In this document: positions 55,180-64,000 of the stretch, in pieces
Position numbering within the stretch: the first letter of the stretch is position 1
Layout of the letters: each line of letters opens with the position of its first letter
From: Pedobacter sp.
Lineage (GTDB): Bacteria; Desulfobacterota; Desulfuromonadia; Desulfuromonadales; Syntrophotaleaceae
Length of the DNA stretch: 64,000 nucleotides
NCBI GenBank assembly: GCA_050253415.1
Contig: JBFWJC010000008.1
Coordinates: forward strand, 1-64,000
Direction: 5' to 3'
Notes under the pieces: model-generated
What the model was told of the DNA's origin: nothing
Seen by the model: the letters and a program-made list of their open reading frames with translations, nothing else
Database searches by the model: none
Program-made: the position numbers and the translations under genes

Positions 55180-55443
55180 TTGGCCAACCACAAATCCGCT
55201 CTGAAAAGAAATCGCCAAGCGGCGGTACGTAACGCCCGCAACACCCATATCCGCAGCTCCATGCGCACCTTCGTCAAGCAGGTACGTACTGCTGTTACCG
55301 CTGGCAATCTCGAAGATGCCAAGACGGCATTGGACCGCGCCGTACCTTTTATCGATAAAGCTGCCACCAAAGGTGTTATCCATAAAGCAACTGCCAGCCG
55401 CAAGATTTCGCGTCTGGTCAAACTTGTCAACACCCTGGGCTAA
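55180..55443 (+). CDS. rpsT: 30S ribosomal protein S20 (TTG start)
   Basis: [20 protein letters not shown]. Confidence 0.96.
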   Translation: MANHKSALKRNRQAAVRNARNTHIRSSMRTFVKQVRTAVTAGNLEDAKTALDRAVPFIDKAATKGVIHKATASRKISRLVKLVNTLG

Positions 55444-55464
55444 CCATAAGGGTGACATATCAAG

Positions 55465-55494
55465 AAAAAAGGGGCCTTTCAGGCCCCTTTTTTT
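55465..55494. terminator. Bidirectional terminator between rpsT and holA
   Basis: aaaaaaggggcct-ttc-aggccccttttttt. Confidence 0.9.
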
Positions 55495-55504
55495 ATCTAG
55501 CACA

Positions 55505-56497
55505 CTACCCTGCCGCCAATCGCAACACCAAAGATTCAAGCACCGCCGCTGGAGGCGAACCGCTGGATTTCAACGCAAGATCGACCTCCAGTAACGATTC
55601 AAAAACACCTCGAAAATTATCCGATGGAATGCGTCGCGCCTGCACGAGTATTCCATTCAGAAAATAAGGGTTGATACCAATACGGCGCGCCATCTCCTTT
55701 TCGGGAACTCGTTGTCGCAGCAACTCGTGAGCTTTCCATAGTTGACGAAAATGCCGGGTGATCATGGCCAGAATAAGTAACGGTGCAACCCCTTCGGCCA
55801 ACAAACGATGCAGCAGCCTTAATGCCTCGCCAACATCCTTTTTGCCCAACGCATCGCTTAGCTCAAATACACTATCGACCCGACTGTCGGTTACCACAGC
55901 CAGAACATCTCTCGGTTCCGCAACATTACGCTCGCCGAGATAATTGCACAATTTGCTTAACTCGCCGTTTATTTCCTGAAGATTAGATCCGACACGTTTG
56001 CAAAAGAGTGTCAGGGCATCTTCCGTAAAAGAAATCCCGGCATCCTCCGCTTGTTCCTTTACAAAGGTTGGTATCTGGTTATCGTACAGTTTTTTAAATT
56101 CAACCAACACACCGGTATTTTTAAAAACCTGATAAAACTTGCGACGACCGTCAACTTTGTCACCCGTGAAGACCAGTATTGTTTCTGGAACAGGGTTGTT
56201 CAGATAAGAGAGAAACTGTTCAAGTTCCGCCGCGGGCAGATTCTGGGCATCACGGACCACCACCACACGTACCGGACTGAATGCCGGCAAGGTGCAGGCC
56301 GAATCCAATACGGTTGTCGCACGACAGTCCTTACCATGAAAAACCTGCAAATTAAAATCGCGGGCTTCCAAAGGTACCGTTTGTTCGATAATCTCTCGCA
56401 GGATACGCTCAATGAAAAAGGTCTCCTCGCCGTACAGAAACAGCAGGCCGGGGAGTTTTTTCTCCCGCAATCGCTTTTTCAATTCACCAGGTGTCAC
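55505..56497 (-). CDS. holA: DNA polymerase III delta subunit
   Basis: LYGEE.F, LP.FS..RVVVV, EL.KL..Y; leuS-lptE-holA context. Confidence 0.9.
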   Translation of the reverse strand: MTPGELKKRLREKKLPGLLFLYGEETFFIERILREIIEQTVPLEARDFNLQVFHGKDCRATTVLDSACTLPAFSPVRVVVVRDAQNLPAAELEQFLSYLNNPVPETILVFTGDKVDGRRKFYQVFKNTGVLVEFKKLYDNQIPTFVKEQAEDAGISFTEDALTLFCKRVGSNLQEINGELSKLCNYLGERNVAEPRDVLAVVTDSRVDSVFELSDALGKKDVGEALRLLHRLLAEGVAPLLILAMITRHFRQLWKAHELLRQRVPEKEMARRIGINPYFLNGILVQARRIPSDNFRGVFESLLEVDLALKSSGSPPAAVLESLVLRLAAG

Positions 56498-56520
56498 ATC
56501 CCCACCCTTTCGAGAGCGGT

Positions 56521-57033
56521 TCAAAAATCGTCTACCATTCGGGAATAGATATCATCGGCCAACCGCCGTGCAATTTCTTCGATAGCGGCCCTCTCGCGAT
56601 CATCCTCGAGAGCTTTATCGGCACTGGCGATGTAATCTTCCGTCCAGCTCGAACGCCCCTTCCAGAGGACTTGTGCGTTGTCGGCATGGCGCAACGCTAC
56701 TTCCACGGTCATGCGCGATCGGTACTCGGCAATACGGTCTCTGCCATCATAGGACAGGGAGTTGCTGGCATATTGAGTAACAGTCCCCGTCAAAAGAGCA
56801 TCGGCCTGATCCGGATCATTGACCAGCTCAACCCCGGGGCTCCTTATCAGGCGATCAAGCAACGCACCGGTCACCGCGTTTTCCAAGAACGGTTCATAGG
56901 TAGCATTATGTAAAATCGCAACATGCACATAGCGTACCCCGGCGGGCAGAGTGTCTCCCTTGCCCTGCAAATGATATCCGCAGCCAAGCAGGCTCAGCAT
57001 CAGCACCAGACCGATCAGACCTCGCGCCATCAT
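56521..57033 (-). CDS. lptE: LPS assembly lipoprotein LptE
   Basis: Lipobox LLGCGYHL; leuS-lptE-holA context. Confidence 0.88.
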   Translation of the reverse strand: MMARGLIGLVLMLSLLGCGYHLQGKGDTLPAGVRYVHVAILHNATYEPFLENAVTGALLDRLIRSPGVELVNDPDQADALLTGTVTQYASNSLSYDGRDRIAEYRSRMTVEVALRHADNAQVLWKGRSSWTEDYIASADKALEDDRERAAIEEIARRLADDIYSRMVDDF

Positions 57034-59582
57034 GATGCGACGATGCTCACCAGGCGACCGGGAACAACCACTACTTTACGCACAGATTTGCCCTCCAGAA
57101 AGCGAACCACATTGCCCTCCGCCAACGCTGCCTGCTGCACCGTATCGTTATCTGCATCGGCAGCTACAGTCACCTTACCGCGGACCTTACCGTTGACCTG
57201 AACCACGATGGTCATTTCATCTTCTACCAATGCAGCAGTGTCCAAGGTTGGCCAACCGGCGGCTTCAATACCACCCTCATGGCCAAGACAAACCCACAAT
57301 TCTTCGCATACATGCGGGACGAACGGCGCCAAAAGCCTCACCAAAGACTCCAGAGCTTCGCGCATGACTCCAGGATATTCATCCCGCGGTTCGAAACCAT
57401 AGATAGCGTTAACAAGCTCCATAACCGAAGCTATAGCCGTGTTGAAATGGAAGCTACCATCGATATCCTCGGTAACCTTTTTAATTGTGCGATGGACTTG
57501 ACGACGCAAATCCCTGGCCGGGCCTTCTGCGGCTGCCGGAATATCAACGCCGGTAACACGCTCAAGGTTATCGTACACAGCCCTCCAGACGCGGTTCAGG
57601 AAGCGATAGCAACCTTCCACGCCCTGTTCGTTCCACTCGAGATCTTTTTCGGGCGGTGCGGCAAACAGCGAAAAGAGCCGGGCCGTATCCGCCCCGTAAC
57701 TTGCGATGAGCTGATCCGGATCCACCACGTTCTTTTTGGACTTGCTCATCTTCTCATTGCGACCGGTTTTGGCTGTCGCACCGCAAAGAACACACTTCCC
57801 GTCAACCACCTGCTCGGGATAGAGCCAGCCGTGCTCCGGGCAGGAGGTGGTTTCCATACACACCATGCCTTGGGTCAGCAGGTTTTTAAACGGTTCATCC
57901 TGCGAAACCATTCCCAGGTCACGCATAACCTTGGTGAAGAATCGGGCATACAACAGATGCATAACTGCATGCTCAATTCCACCAATATACTGATCCACGG
58001 GCAGCCAGTGGTCAACAGCTTCACGATCCAGCGGTCCGGCGTCAAACCGTGGGCAGGCATAGCGGGCAAAATACCAGGAGCTCTCTACGAAGGTGTCGAA
58101 CGTATCCGTTTCCCGGCGGGCATCACCACCACAAGTCGGGCAGGAGACATTCAAGAAGGACTGGTGCCTTGCGAGTGGACTGCCACCTTCCCCGCTGATT
58201 TCCACATCCATGGGCAACAGGACCGGCAAATCCTTCTCGGGGACAGCAACGGGACCACACTGGGGACAATAAATAATAGGAATCGGGGTTCCCCAGTAAC
58301 GCTGCCGGGAAACGCCCCAGTCACGCAAACGGTAATTTATGGTTTTACAACCGATCCCCTGTTCTTCAAGGAATGCGGCTATTTTTTCTTTGGCAAGATT
58401 ATTATCCAGCCCATCGAAAGGGCCGGAATTAACGAGGAGGCCAGAATCAGTCCAGGCCTCGGTCATTGCCTCCGGATCGAGTGTTTGACCTTCGGGCTGA
58501 ATAACCACAACCTTGGGAATATCATATTTGGTCGCGAACTCAAAATCGCGCTGATCGTGGGTAGGAACGGCCATAACGGCACCGGTTCCATAGTCCATCA
58601 GCACGAAATTGGCCAGATAGATGGGAATACGGCGCCCATTAACCGGGTTAATGCTGTAGGAGCCGGTAAACACCCCTTCTTTGACAAAATCATCGCTGGT
58701 CCGTTTAAGCTTGTCCTGCGAACGTACCCGGGCGATGAATGCCTCGACCTCGGCTTTGCAACCATCGGAGGCCAATGTCATCGCCAAAGGGTGTTCCGCG
58801 GCGAGACTCATGAAAGTAGCGCCGTAGAGGGTATCCTGACGCGTAGTAAAAACCTTGATTTTTGCATCGGAATCCACTACCGGAAAATCGATTTCGCACC
58901 CGGTGGATCGACCGATCCAATTGCGCTGCATCGTCAACACCGACTCAGGCCAACCGGTCAGCTTATAGGTATCATCCAACAGTTCCTGTGCATAATCGGT
59001 AATTTTAAAAAACCACTGTTCCAGCTCTTTTTGCTCGACTTCAGTAGAGCAGCGCCAGCATGCGTCGTTTTCAACCTGTTCATTGGCCAGAACCGTCTGA
59101 CACTCGGGGCACCAATTAACGAAGGAGCTTTTTTTATAAGCCAGACCTTTTTCAAACATTTTGAGAAAGATCAACTGCTCCCAACGATAATATTCAGGAT
59201 GACAGGTAGCCAGTTCGCGATCCCAATCGTAGGAGAATCCCATTTTTTTGATCTGGGCCCGCATATTGGCAATGTTTTCATACGTCCACTTGCCGGGATG
59301 GATGCCATGCTGAATGGCAGCATTTTCAGCGGGCATACCGAAGGCGTCCCACCCCATGGGATGCAACACGTTATAACCTTGCAGACGTTTGAAACGCGCA
59401 ACCACGTCGCCTATGGAGTAGTTGCGTACATGACCCATGTGAATACGCCCGGAAGGATAAGGAAACATCTCTAAAAGATAATACTTTTTCCTGTCGTCCT
59501 CCTGCGCCTTGAAGGTTTTATCCTGCTCCCAACGTTTCTGCCACTTACCTTCAATGCTGCCAGCGTCGTAACGCTCTTCCAT
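57030..59582 (-). CDS. leuS: Leucine-tRNA ligase
   Basis: MFPYPSG..HMGH, KMSKS, QVNGK. Confidence 0.97.
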   Translation of the reverse strand: MEERYDAGSIEGKWQKRWEQDKTFKAQEDDRKKYYLLEMFPYPSGRIHMGHVRNYSIGDVVARFKRLQGYNVLHPMGWDAFGMPAENAAIQHGIHPGKWTYENIANMRAQIKKMGFSYDWDRELATCHPEYYRWEQLIFLKMFEKGLAYKKSSFVNWCPECQTVLANEQVENDACWRCSTEVEQKELEQWFFKITDYAQELLDDTYKLTGWPESVLTMQRNWIGRSTGCEIDFPVVDSDAKIKVFTTRQDTLYGATFMSLAAEHPLAMTLASDGCKAEVEAFIARVRSQDKLKRTSDDFVKEGVFTGSYSINPVNGRRIPIYLANFVLMDYGTGAVMAVPTHDQRDFEFATKYDIPKVVVIQPEGQTLDPEAMTEAWTDSGLLVNSGPFDGLDNNLAKEKIAAFLEEQGIGCKTINYRLRDWGVSRQRYWGTPIPIIYCPQCGPVAVPEKDLPVLLPMDVEISGEGGSPLARHQSFLNVSCPTCGGDARRETDTFDTFVESSWYFARYACPRFDAGPLDREAVDHWLPVDQYIGGIEHAVMHLLYARFFTKVMRDLGMVSQDEPFKNLLTQGMVCMETTSCPEHGWLYPEQVVDGKCVLCGATAKTGRNEKMSKSKKNVVDPDQLIASYGADTARLFSLFAAPPEKDLEWNEQGVEGCYRFLNRVWRAVYDNLERVTGVDIPAAAEGPARDLRRQVHRTIKKVTEDIDGSFHFNTAIASVMELVNAIYGFEPRDEYPGVMREALESLVRLLAPFVPHVCEELWVCLGHEGGIEAAGWPTLDTAALVEDEMTIVVQVNGKVRGKVTVAADADNDTVQQAALAEGNVVRFLEGKSVRKVVVVPGRLVSIVAS

Positions 59583-59764
59583 AAAAACCCTCCGCATCCA
59601 CACGGATACCAATATAAACAGGAAAACCGGCCAACGCCGGTATCGATGATTCACGGGAATTTACGAAGCCAGTCCCTTCCGATTATATCGAGATATTATC
59701 GGAATCAACTGGCCTCACGTAACACCTATATTGACATGCTCTAAAGACAAGCGCCCTGCGATTC

Positions 59765-59983
59765 CTACTTTTCGCGGTAGGTAATACGCCCGCGAGTCAA
59801 ATCGTAGGGGGACAATTCAACAGTCACACGATCGCCGGGCAGAATACGGATGTAAAACTTCCTCATTTTACCCGAGATGTGGGCCAGAATGGTGTGCCCG
59901 TTATCAAGCTTGACACGAAACATGGCATTGGGAAGTGGTTCTATGACCTTCCCTTCAACTTCAATGGCTTCTTCTTTTGCCAA
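59765..59983 (-). CDS. infA: Translation initiation factor IF-1 (TTG start)
   Basis: [28 protein letters not shown]. Confidence 0.97.
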   Translation of the reverse strand: MAKEEAIEVEGKVIEPLPNAMFRVKLDNGHTILAHISGKMRKFYIRILPGDRVTVELSPYDLTRGRITYREK

Positions 59984-60226
59984 CGCAACCTCCTTGCAAT
60001 ATTTAACAATCGCTTCCAGTGAATAATTCCAAGTGAAAAAACAGCACTATTTAACATGACCGCCCCCGGCATTGTCAACCCTTTGGCCCAAATGGCAGTC
60101 ACTCTAACCGGGTTTCACCAACAAGCGTCCTTACCGAAAGATTGCAACCACAATCGGCCCTTGTCAACCGACTCAATCCCTATCGGCTCTTTGCTTATTA
60201 CCTCGTTTGGTTCCACAGTAAAGGGG

Positions 60227-60601
60227 TTACAACCCGAGGAGACGAGAAGCCGTATCGACAACTATGGCAGCCTGCACAGGCTTGGTTATATATTCGGTAG
60301 CGCCAAGAGCCATGGCGCGATCACGATCTTCCGTGGCGCCCTCAGTGGTTACCATGACAATAGGAATATCCCGGGTACGTTGATCCGCTCGTAGCATACG
60401 AACCAGCTTGAGGCCATCCAAGCCCGGCATATTTACATCGGAAAAGACCAGAGACAGCTGTTCATTTGCAATGACCTTCAAGGCCTCAAGACCATCGCTG
60501 GCTTCCAGAACGGTTACACCCGGCACACGCCGCAGCGACATGACCAGCAATTGCCGCATAATAGCCGAATCCTCTACTACCAGGATTTTATGGCCAGACA
60601 T
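60227..60601 (-). CDS. Single-domain CheY-like response regulator
   Basis: VEDS, SDVNMP phosphoacceptor, TTE, KP. Confidence 0.92.
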   Translation of the reverse strand: MSGHKILVVEDSAIMRQLLVMSLRRVPGVTVLEASDGLEALKVIANEQLSLVFSDVNMPGLDGLKLVRMLRADQRTRDIPIVMVTTEGATEDRDRAMALGATEYITKPVQAAIVVDTASRLLGL

Positions 60602-60616
60602 TCCTACCTCCTTACT

Positions 60617-61444
60617 TCATTTAGTCAACAGATCAAGAAAACCTTGGATGGTGGTCAGCTTACGTTCTGATTCAGAATAAAGTTTAGAGGCAAAAATAGC
60701 CGTAGCAGCATGCCCTGCAAGAAGAGTAAACAATTCATAGTCAATATCCGCAAACCGTCGCTTTTGCAAAAACAACTTATAAACCGCCAGGACACCTATG
60801 ACACGGTCTTTTATCTTAAGGGGAATGCAGGCCAAAGGAGCATCATAAGCCGTGCTTACCTCGTCCAGACTGGCGGCGTAAAAACTCTCTCCGGTACTGG
60901 CCACAGTTCCAAGAGTTCCTTTGCCCAGGGGGCAGGCCGGTAATTGATCGATTTCCACACCTTCGCCGACCATGGCCTGTAAAGACCCGGCATTTTCATC
61001 AAGCAGAAAAAGCGCGAATTCCTCACCGCCAATAAGATTAATAATAATCTCGGAGATAATCTGCAGCACATCGCGAAAATCAAGAGTTAAATGCAATTGA
61101 TAGGTCGCAATGTAGAGGTTGGCCAGACTATTATTCTCCCCCTCTATCTCAACGTAACGGTTGGCAAAGTCGATATTTTCAGCTTCTACACGCGCAATGC
61201 GCTGCATGATTTCCATCTTTTCCTGCTCAAGGTCGGCGACCTGAGATTTCAGGGTTTCGACCTCTTGCAGTGCCTGGGCAGCACAGGAAGCTAAACGATT
61301 CTGCTCTTCCATTTGTACAAGCTGGAAACGCAGTTTTTCATTTTCACGCAACAATTCCTGAGTAAATTCGGCTCCCTTTTTGAAAACCTGTAAAAACTCA
61401 TCTGCTCGTTGGGTTAACTTCCCTTGATCCTCTTTTTGACTCAT
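60617..61444 (-). CDS. Coiled-coil plus GAF domain protein
   Basis: N-terminal heptad-rich coiled coil; GAF-type PLACIPL...IGVL; no output domain. Confidence 0.8.
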   Translation of the reverse strand: MSQKEDQGKLTQRADEFLQVFKKGAEFTQELLRENEKLRFQLVQMEEQNRLASCAAQALQEVETLKSQVADLEQEKMEIMQRIARVEAENIDFANRYVEIEGENNSLANLYIATYQLHLTLDFRDVLQIISEIIINLIGGEEFALFLLDENAGSLQAMVGEGVEIDQLPACPLGKGTLGTVASTGESFYAASLDEVSTAYDAPLACIPLKIKDRVIGVLAVYKLFLQKRRFADIDYELFTLLAGHAATAIFASKLYSESERKLTTIQGFLDLLTK

Positions 61445-61630
61445 CGTCTCTCCCCGAAACTTCCGAGAGCCTCCATACTTTTGTTCATGCGGAACCATGA
61501 CTTATTGGAACAGGTATTGCCACGTTCTTCCTTGTACCGTAAGCCGACCGCAAACCCACCGATTCGTTCAACCCGGATTATGTTATCCCAAAAACAAGAT
61601 ATCCGACCCATCTATAAATAAGGAAATTAT

Positions 61631-61999
61631 TCAGAGTAAAAATCTTTGGATGGTTTCAATCACCATAGAGGACTTGAAAGGCTTGGTAATATACCAATCC
61701 GCGCCGACTTCCTGTCCACGGGAAAAATCGTCTTGACACTTTTTCGCCGTGAGCATAATAACAGGAATATGGCTGGTATCTTTGGCGCCCTTAATCCGTC
61801 TACAAACTTCAAAACCGTCAATTTCGGGAAGCATGATATCCAGCAAAATCAAATCGGGCTTTTGCAAAGCGATTGCTTCTAAAGCGGCCTGCCCGTTCGG
61901 CACCCCCTTGACGTCATAGCCCTTGGAGGTAAGCAGGATACTTTCCAGACGAAGAAGACTTTCCTCATCTTCGACAATAAGTATTTTTTTCCTGGACAC
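61631..61999 (-). CDS. Single-domain response regulator receiver
   Basis: VEDE, LDIMLP, LTA, KPF. Confidence 0.92.
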   Translation of the reverse strand: MSRKKILIVEDEESLLRLESILLTSKGYDVKGVPNGQAALEAIALQKPDLILLDIMLPEIDGFEVCRRIKGAKDTSHIPVIMLTAKKCQDDFSRGQEVGADWYITKPFKSSMVIETIQRFLL

Positions 62000-62011
62000 A
62001 ATCCCACTCCT

Positions 62012-64000
62012 TTACAAAGTAACGGACAAGTCGAGAAGTGCTGCAATATTCAACACTCCGACATCATGTCCTTTCCTGCGGACGACTCCAGCAAGGAAAG
62101 GACTGTCGTTTTGCGACAAAATAGCCTCCGTAGCCATTTCTTCACCTTGCGCATTATGAAACAATTGCCCCAAGCGTTCAACCGCAACGGCTACCCTTTG
62201 ATCACCAGAATTACTCAGCAGAACTGTTCCAAAGGACATTTCTGATGCCCCGGAAATCCCCATCCGCGCAGCCACATCAAGCACAGGGACAATCTGGTCT
62301 CGCCACAAGGCCACTCCGCTGATAAAAGATGGGGCACGCGGCACAGGAATCCAATCGGCCCTCTCTATTATCTCCACAACCTCCATGATGTCCAGTGCAT
62401 ATTCATCCCCCCCGAGAAAAAAGGAAATAAAGTTCCCCCTTCCACCTTCTCCGCCAGTTACTGAGGCTATGAAAGAATCATCGTTATCCCGCGAGGAGGC
62501 TGCATCGAATCCACCCGTTACTTGAACAGGCGACTCGGCAATGAACGGCAAGGAAGACTTTACCTCAGGATCCAACCCGTCCAAACAGCCAATTTGCGCT
62601 TGAGGCGGATAAGGTGCCTGGCGTATCAGATAAGCAAGGTCCAGCAACAACACCGGACCGGTACCAACCAATTCAGCAACAGCGGAAAATCCCGGAACCT
62701 GTCGTAACAAAGCGTCAAAGGGACGAATAACCGCCTCCCGTCGCCCCAGCAAGCCCTCAACGATCAGCCCGACCTGCCTGGCGCCGAATCCTACAACCAC
62801 AAGGAAAGGCGCTCCTTCGACGCATGCAGTGGATCCCTTGAAATAATGCCGCAGATCAAGCAATGGCAGAGGCTCCTGACCATCTGACATATGCCCGCTC
62901 TCGGATTCTTTTGCGCAGTTGGTTGCAAAAGGCTTCACACAGCATACACCTTCAAGCGCCATGGCATATGGCCTGTCTGCAACGATGACAACCAGTACCG
63001 ACATGATCGTTTTATGGACAGGCAGCGTTAAAGTCATACAGGTCCCAACACCGGTGCGGGTATCGACCTCGACCATTCCGCAAAGGGAATCAAGCTGGCA
63101 TCGCACCACATCCATACCTATGCCCCGGCCGGAAATCTCCGTAACGTTGGTACAGGTGGAAAAACCGGGCTGAACAAGCAGATCGTAAAGCTGCTGATTC
63201 GACAAAGTTTCCCCTTGCCCAATCATGCCGAGCCCATAAGCCCGGGCTTGAACTTTTTGTAGATCAATGCCACGGCCATCGTCACGAACTTCGATGGCAA
63301 CCTGTCCGCTACGCAGACTGGCTTCAAGAACCAGGGTGCCTTCAGCGGGCTTGCCATACAAGACGCGCTCATCGGGCGGTTCGATGCCGTGATCTATCGC
63401 ATTACGCACCAGATGTAACAGCGGCTCATGCAACCGCTCAAGCACCCCGCGGTCAAGAGGAACGTCATTCCCACGCATGACCAACCGTACACGCTTGCCG
63501 GTCCCGCGCTCTGCCGCCCGCACCACCCGCGTCATACGCTGGAACAAATATCGCACAGGTATCATACGCGCATCGTTAAGGGATCGTTGCAGCCTGAAAA
63601 GATCCCGTTCCATATCCTGAAAAGAGCGTTCAACCACCTCCGTCAATTCAGCATGTTTCTCATCCGTAAACTGCTGAAAATAACGTTTGAGTTGGCCTTG
63701 CCCGAGCATCAGGTTTTTGGAAATTTCCTGCAACTCATCCAGGGCCTTGGATTCTACCCGGATCATCTGCGAGGGGATTGATAATTCTGTCGAGGTCTTT
63801 GATACAGGCTGCCGTGGCGAAACAGCTGTAGCCGTTGGTTTCGCGTCAACCGGTGTAATCAGACGCAGACGCATTCGATATTCTACCGGCAGATGTTTAC
63901 CAAGGTCAGGGCGTATAGATCCACAAAACAGCCAATGAAAGTCGATGCGACCGTTATCTCGAGGCCCTCCGGGAATCGTTGCGAGAAGCTTCCCATGGTT
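62012..64000 (-). CDS. cheA: CheA-like histidine kinase with an additional C-terminal CheW domain (5' end outside window)
   Basis: IRV dimerization motif, HLVRNAIDHG, DDGRG, PGFST, SGRGIGMDVV, P5 domain, then a second CheW (FFLGGDEYA, VPRAP.FISGV); frame is open to position 64000. Confidence 0.85.
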   Translation of the reverse strand, partial: NHGKLLATIPGGPRDNGRIDFHWLFCGSIRPDLGKHLPVEYRMRLRLITPVDAKPTATAVSPRQPVSKTSTELSIPSQMIRVESKALDELQEISKNLMLGQGQLKRYFQQFTDEKHAELTEVVERSFQDMERDLFRLQRSLNDARMIPVRYLFQRMTRVVRAAERGTGKRVRLVMRGNDVPLDRGVLERLHEPLLHLVRNAIDHGIEPPDERVLYGKPAEGTLVLEASLRSGQVAIEVRDDGRGIDLQKVQARAYGLGMIGQGETLSNQQLYDLLVQPGFSTCTNVTEISGRGIGMDVVRCQLDSLCGMVEVDTRTGVGTCMTLTLPVHKTIMSVLVVIVADRPYAMALEGVCCVKPFATNCAKESESGHMSDGQEPLPLLDLRHYFKGSTACVEGAPFLVVVGFGARQVGLIVEGLLGRREAVIRPFDALLRQVPGFSAVAELVGTGPVLLLDLAYLIRQAPYPPQAQIGCLDGLDPEVKSSLPFIAESPVQVTGGFDAASSRDNDDSFIASVTGGEGGRGNFISFFLGGDEYALDIMEVVEIIERADWIPVPRAPSFISGVALWRDQIVPVLDVAARMGISGASEMSFGTVLLSNSGDQRVAVAVERLGQLFHNAQGEEMATEAILSQNDSPFLAGVVRRKGHDVGVLNIAALLDLSVTL

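Noticed and set aside
57279..59474. 731-aa plus-strand ORF
   Set aside because: Antisense shadow of leuS, typical of codon-biased genes.

Overview
Chromosomal window from a Desulfuromonadales-type deltaproteobacterium (inferred from gene content and order; the species cannot be established from the sequence alone). Most genes lie on the minus strand. From left to right it holds the start of a Wzy-type polysaccharide locus (wza-wzc-cpsB-manB-ugd-epimerase), a short secretin-like gene, hpnB, pncA, a BirA-controlled bioB-bioD-bioA operon, two tandem XRE-cupin regulators, ihfB, rqcH, metY and trmL. A long housekeeping block follows: hom, nusB, rib genes, nrdR, glyA, rpiB, fab/plsX/rpmF, mazG, tRNA-Arg, apt, surE-pcm-yqaA-nlpD-rpoS, ihfA, pheST, rplT-rpmI-infC-thrS, tRNA-Val, murJ, rpsT, holA-lptE-leuS and infA. 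A reduced chemosensory cluster is cut by the window end. No CRISPR array, prophage or transposase was found. The unusual signal is mainly non-coding. (i) 7-bp-period repeat tracts occupy gene junctions in the left half, supply the stop codons of four genes, and make up almost the whole predicted 5' leader of the biotin operon. (ii) A second family of 9/10-bp-period palindromic modules is nested and dispersed, with one compensatory base-pair change between copies. (iii) A 536-bp fold-back MITE-like element sits inside the bio operon. (iv) A DARS-like cluster of four DnaA boxes lies away from any visible oriC.
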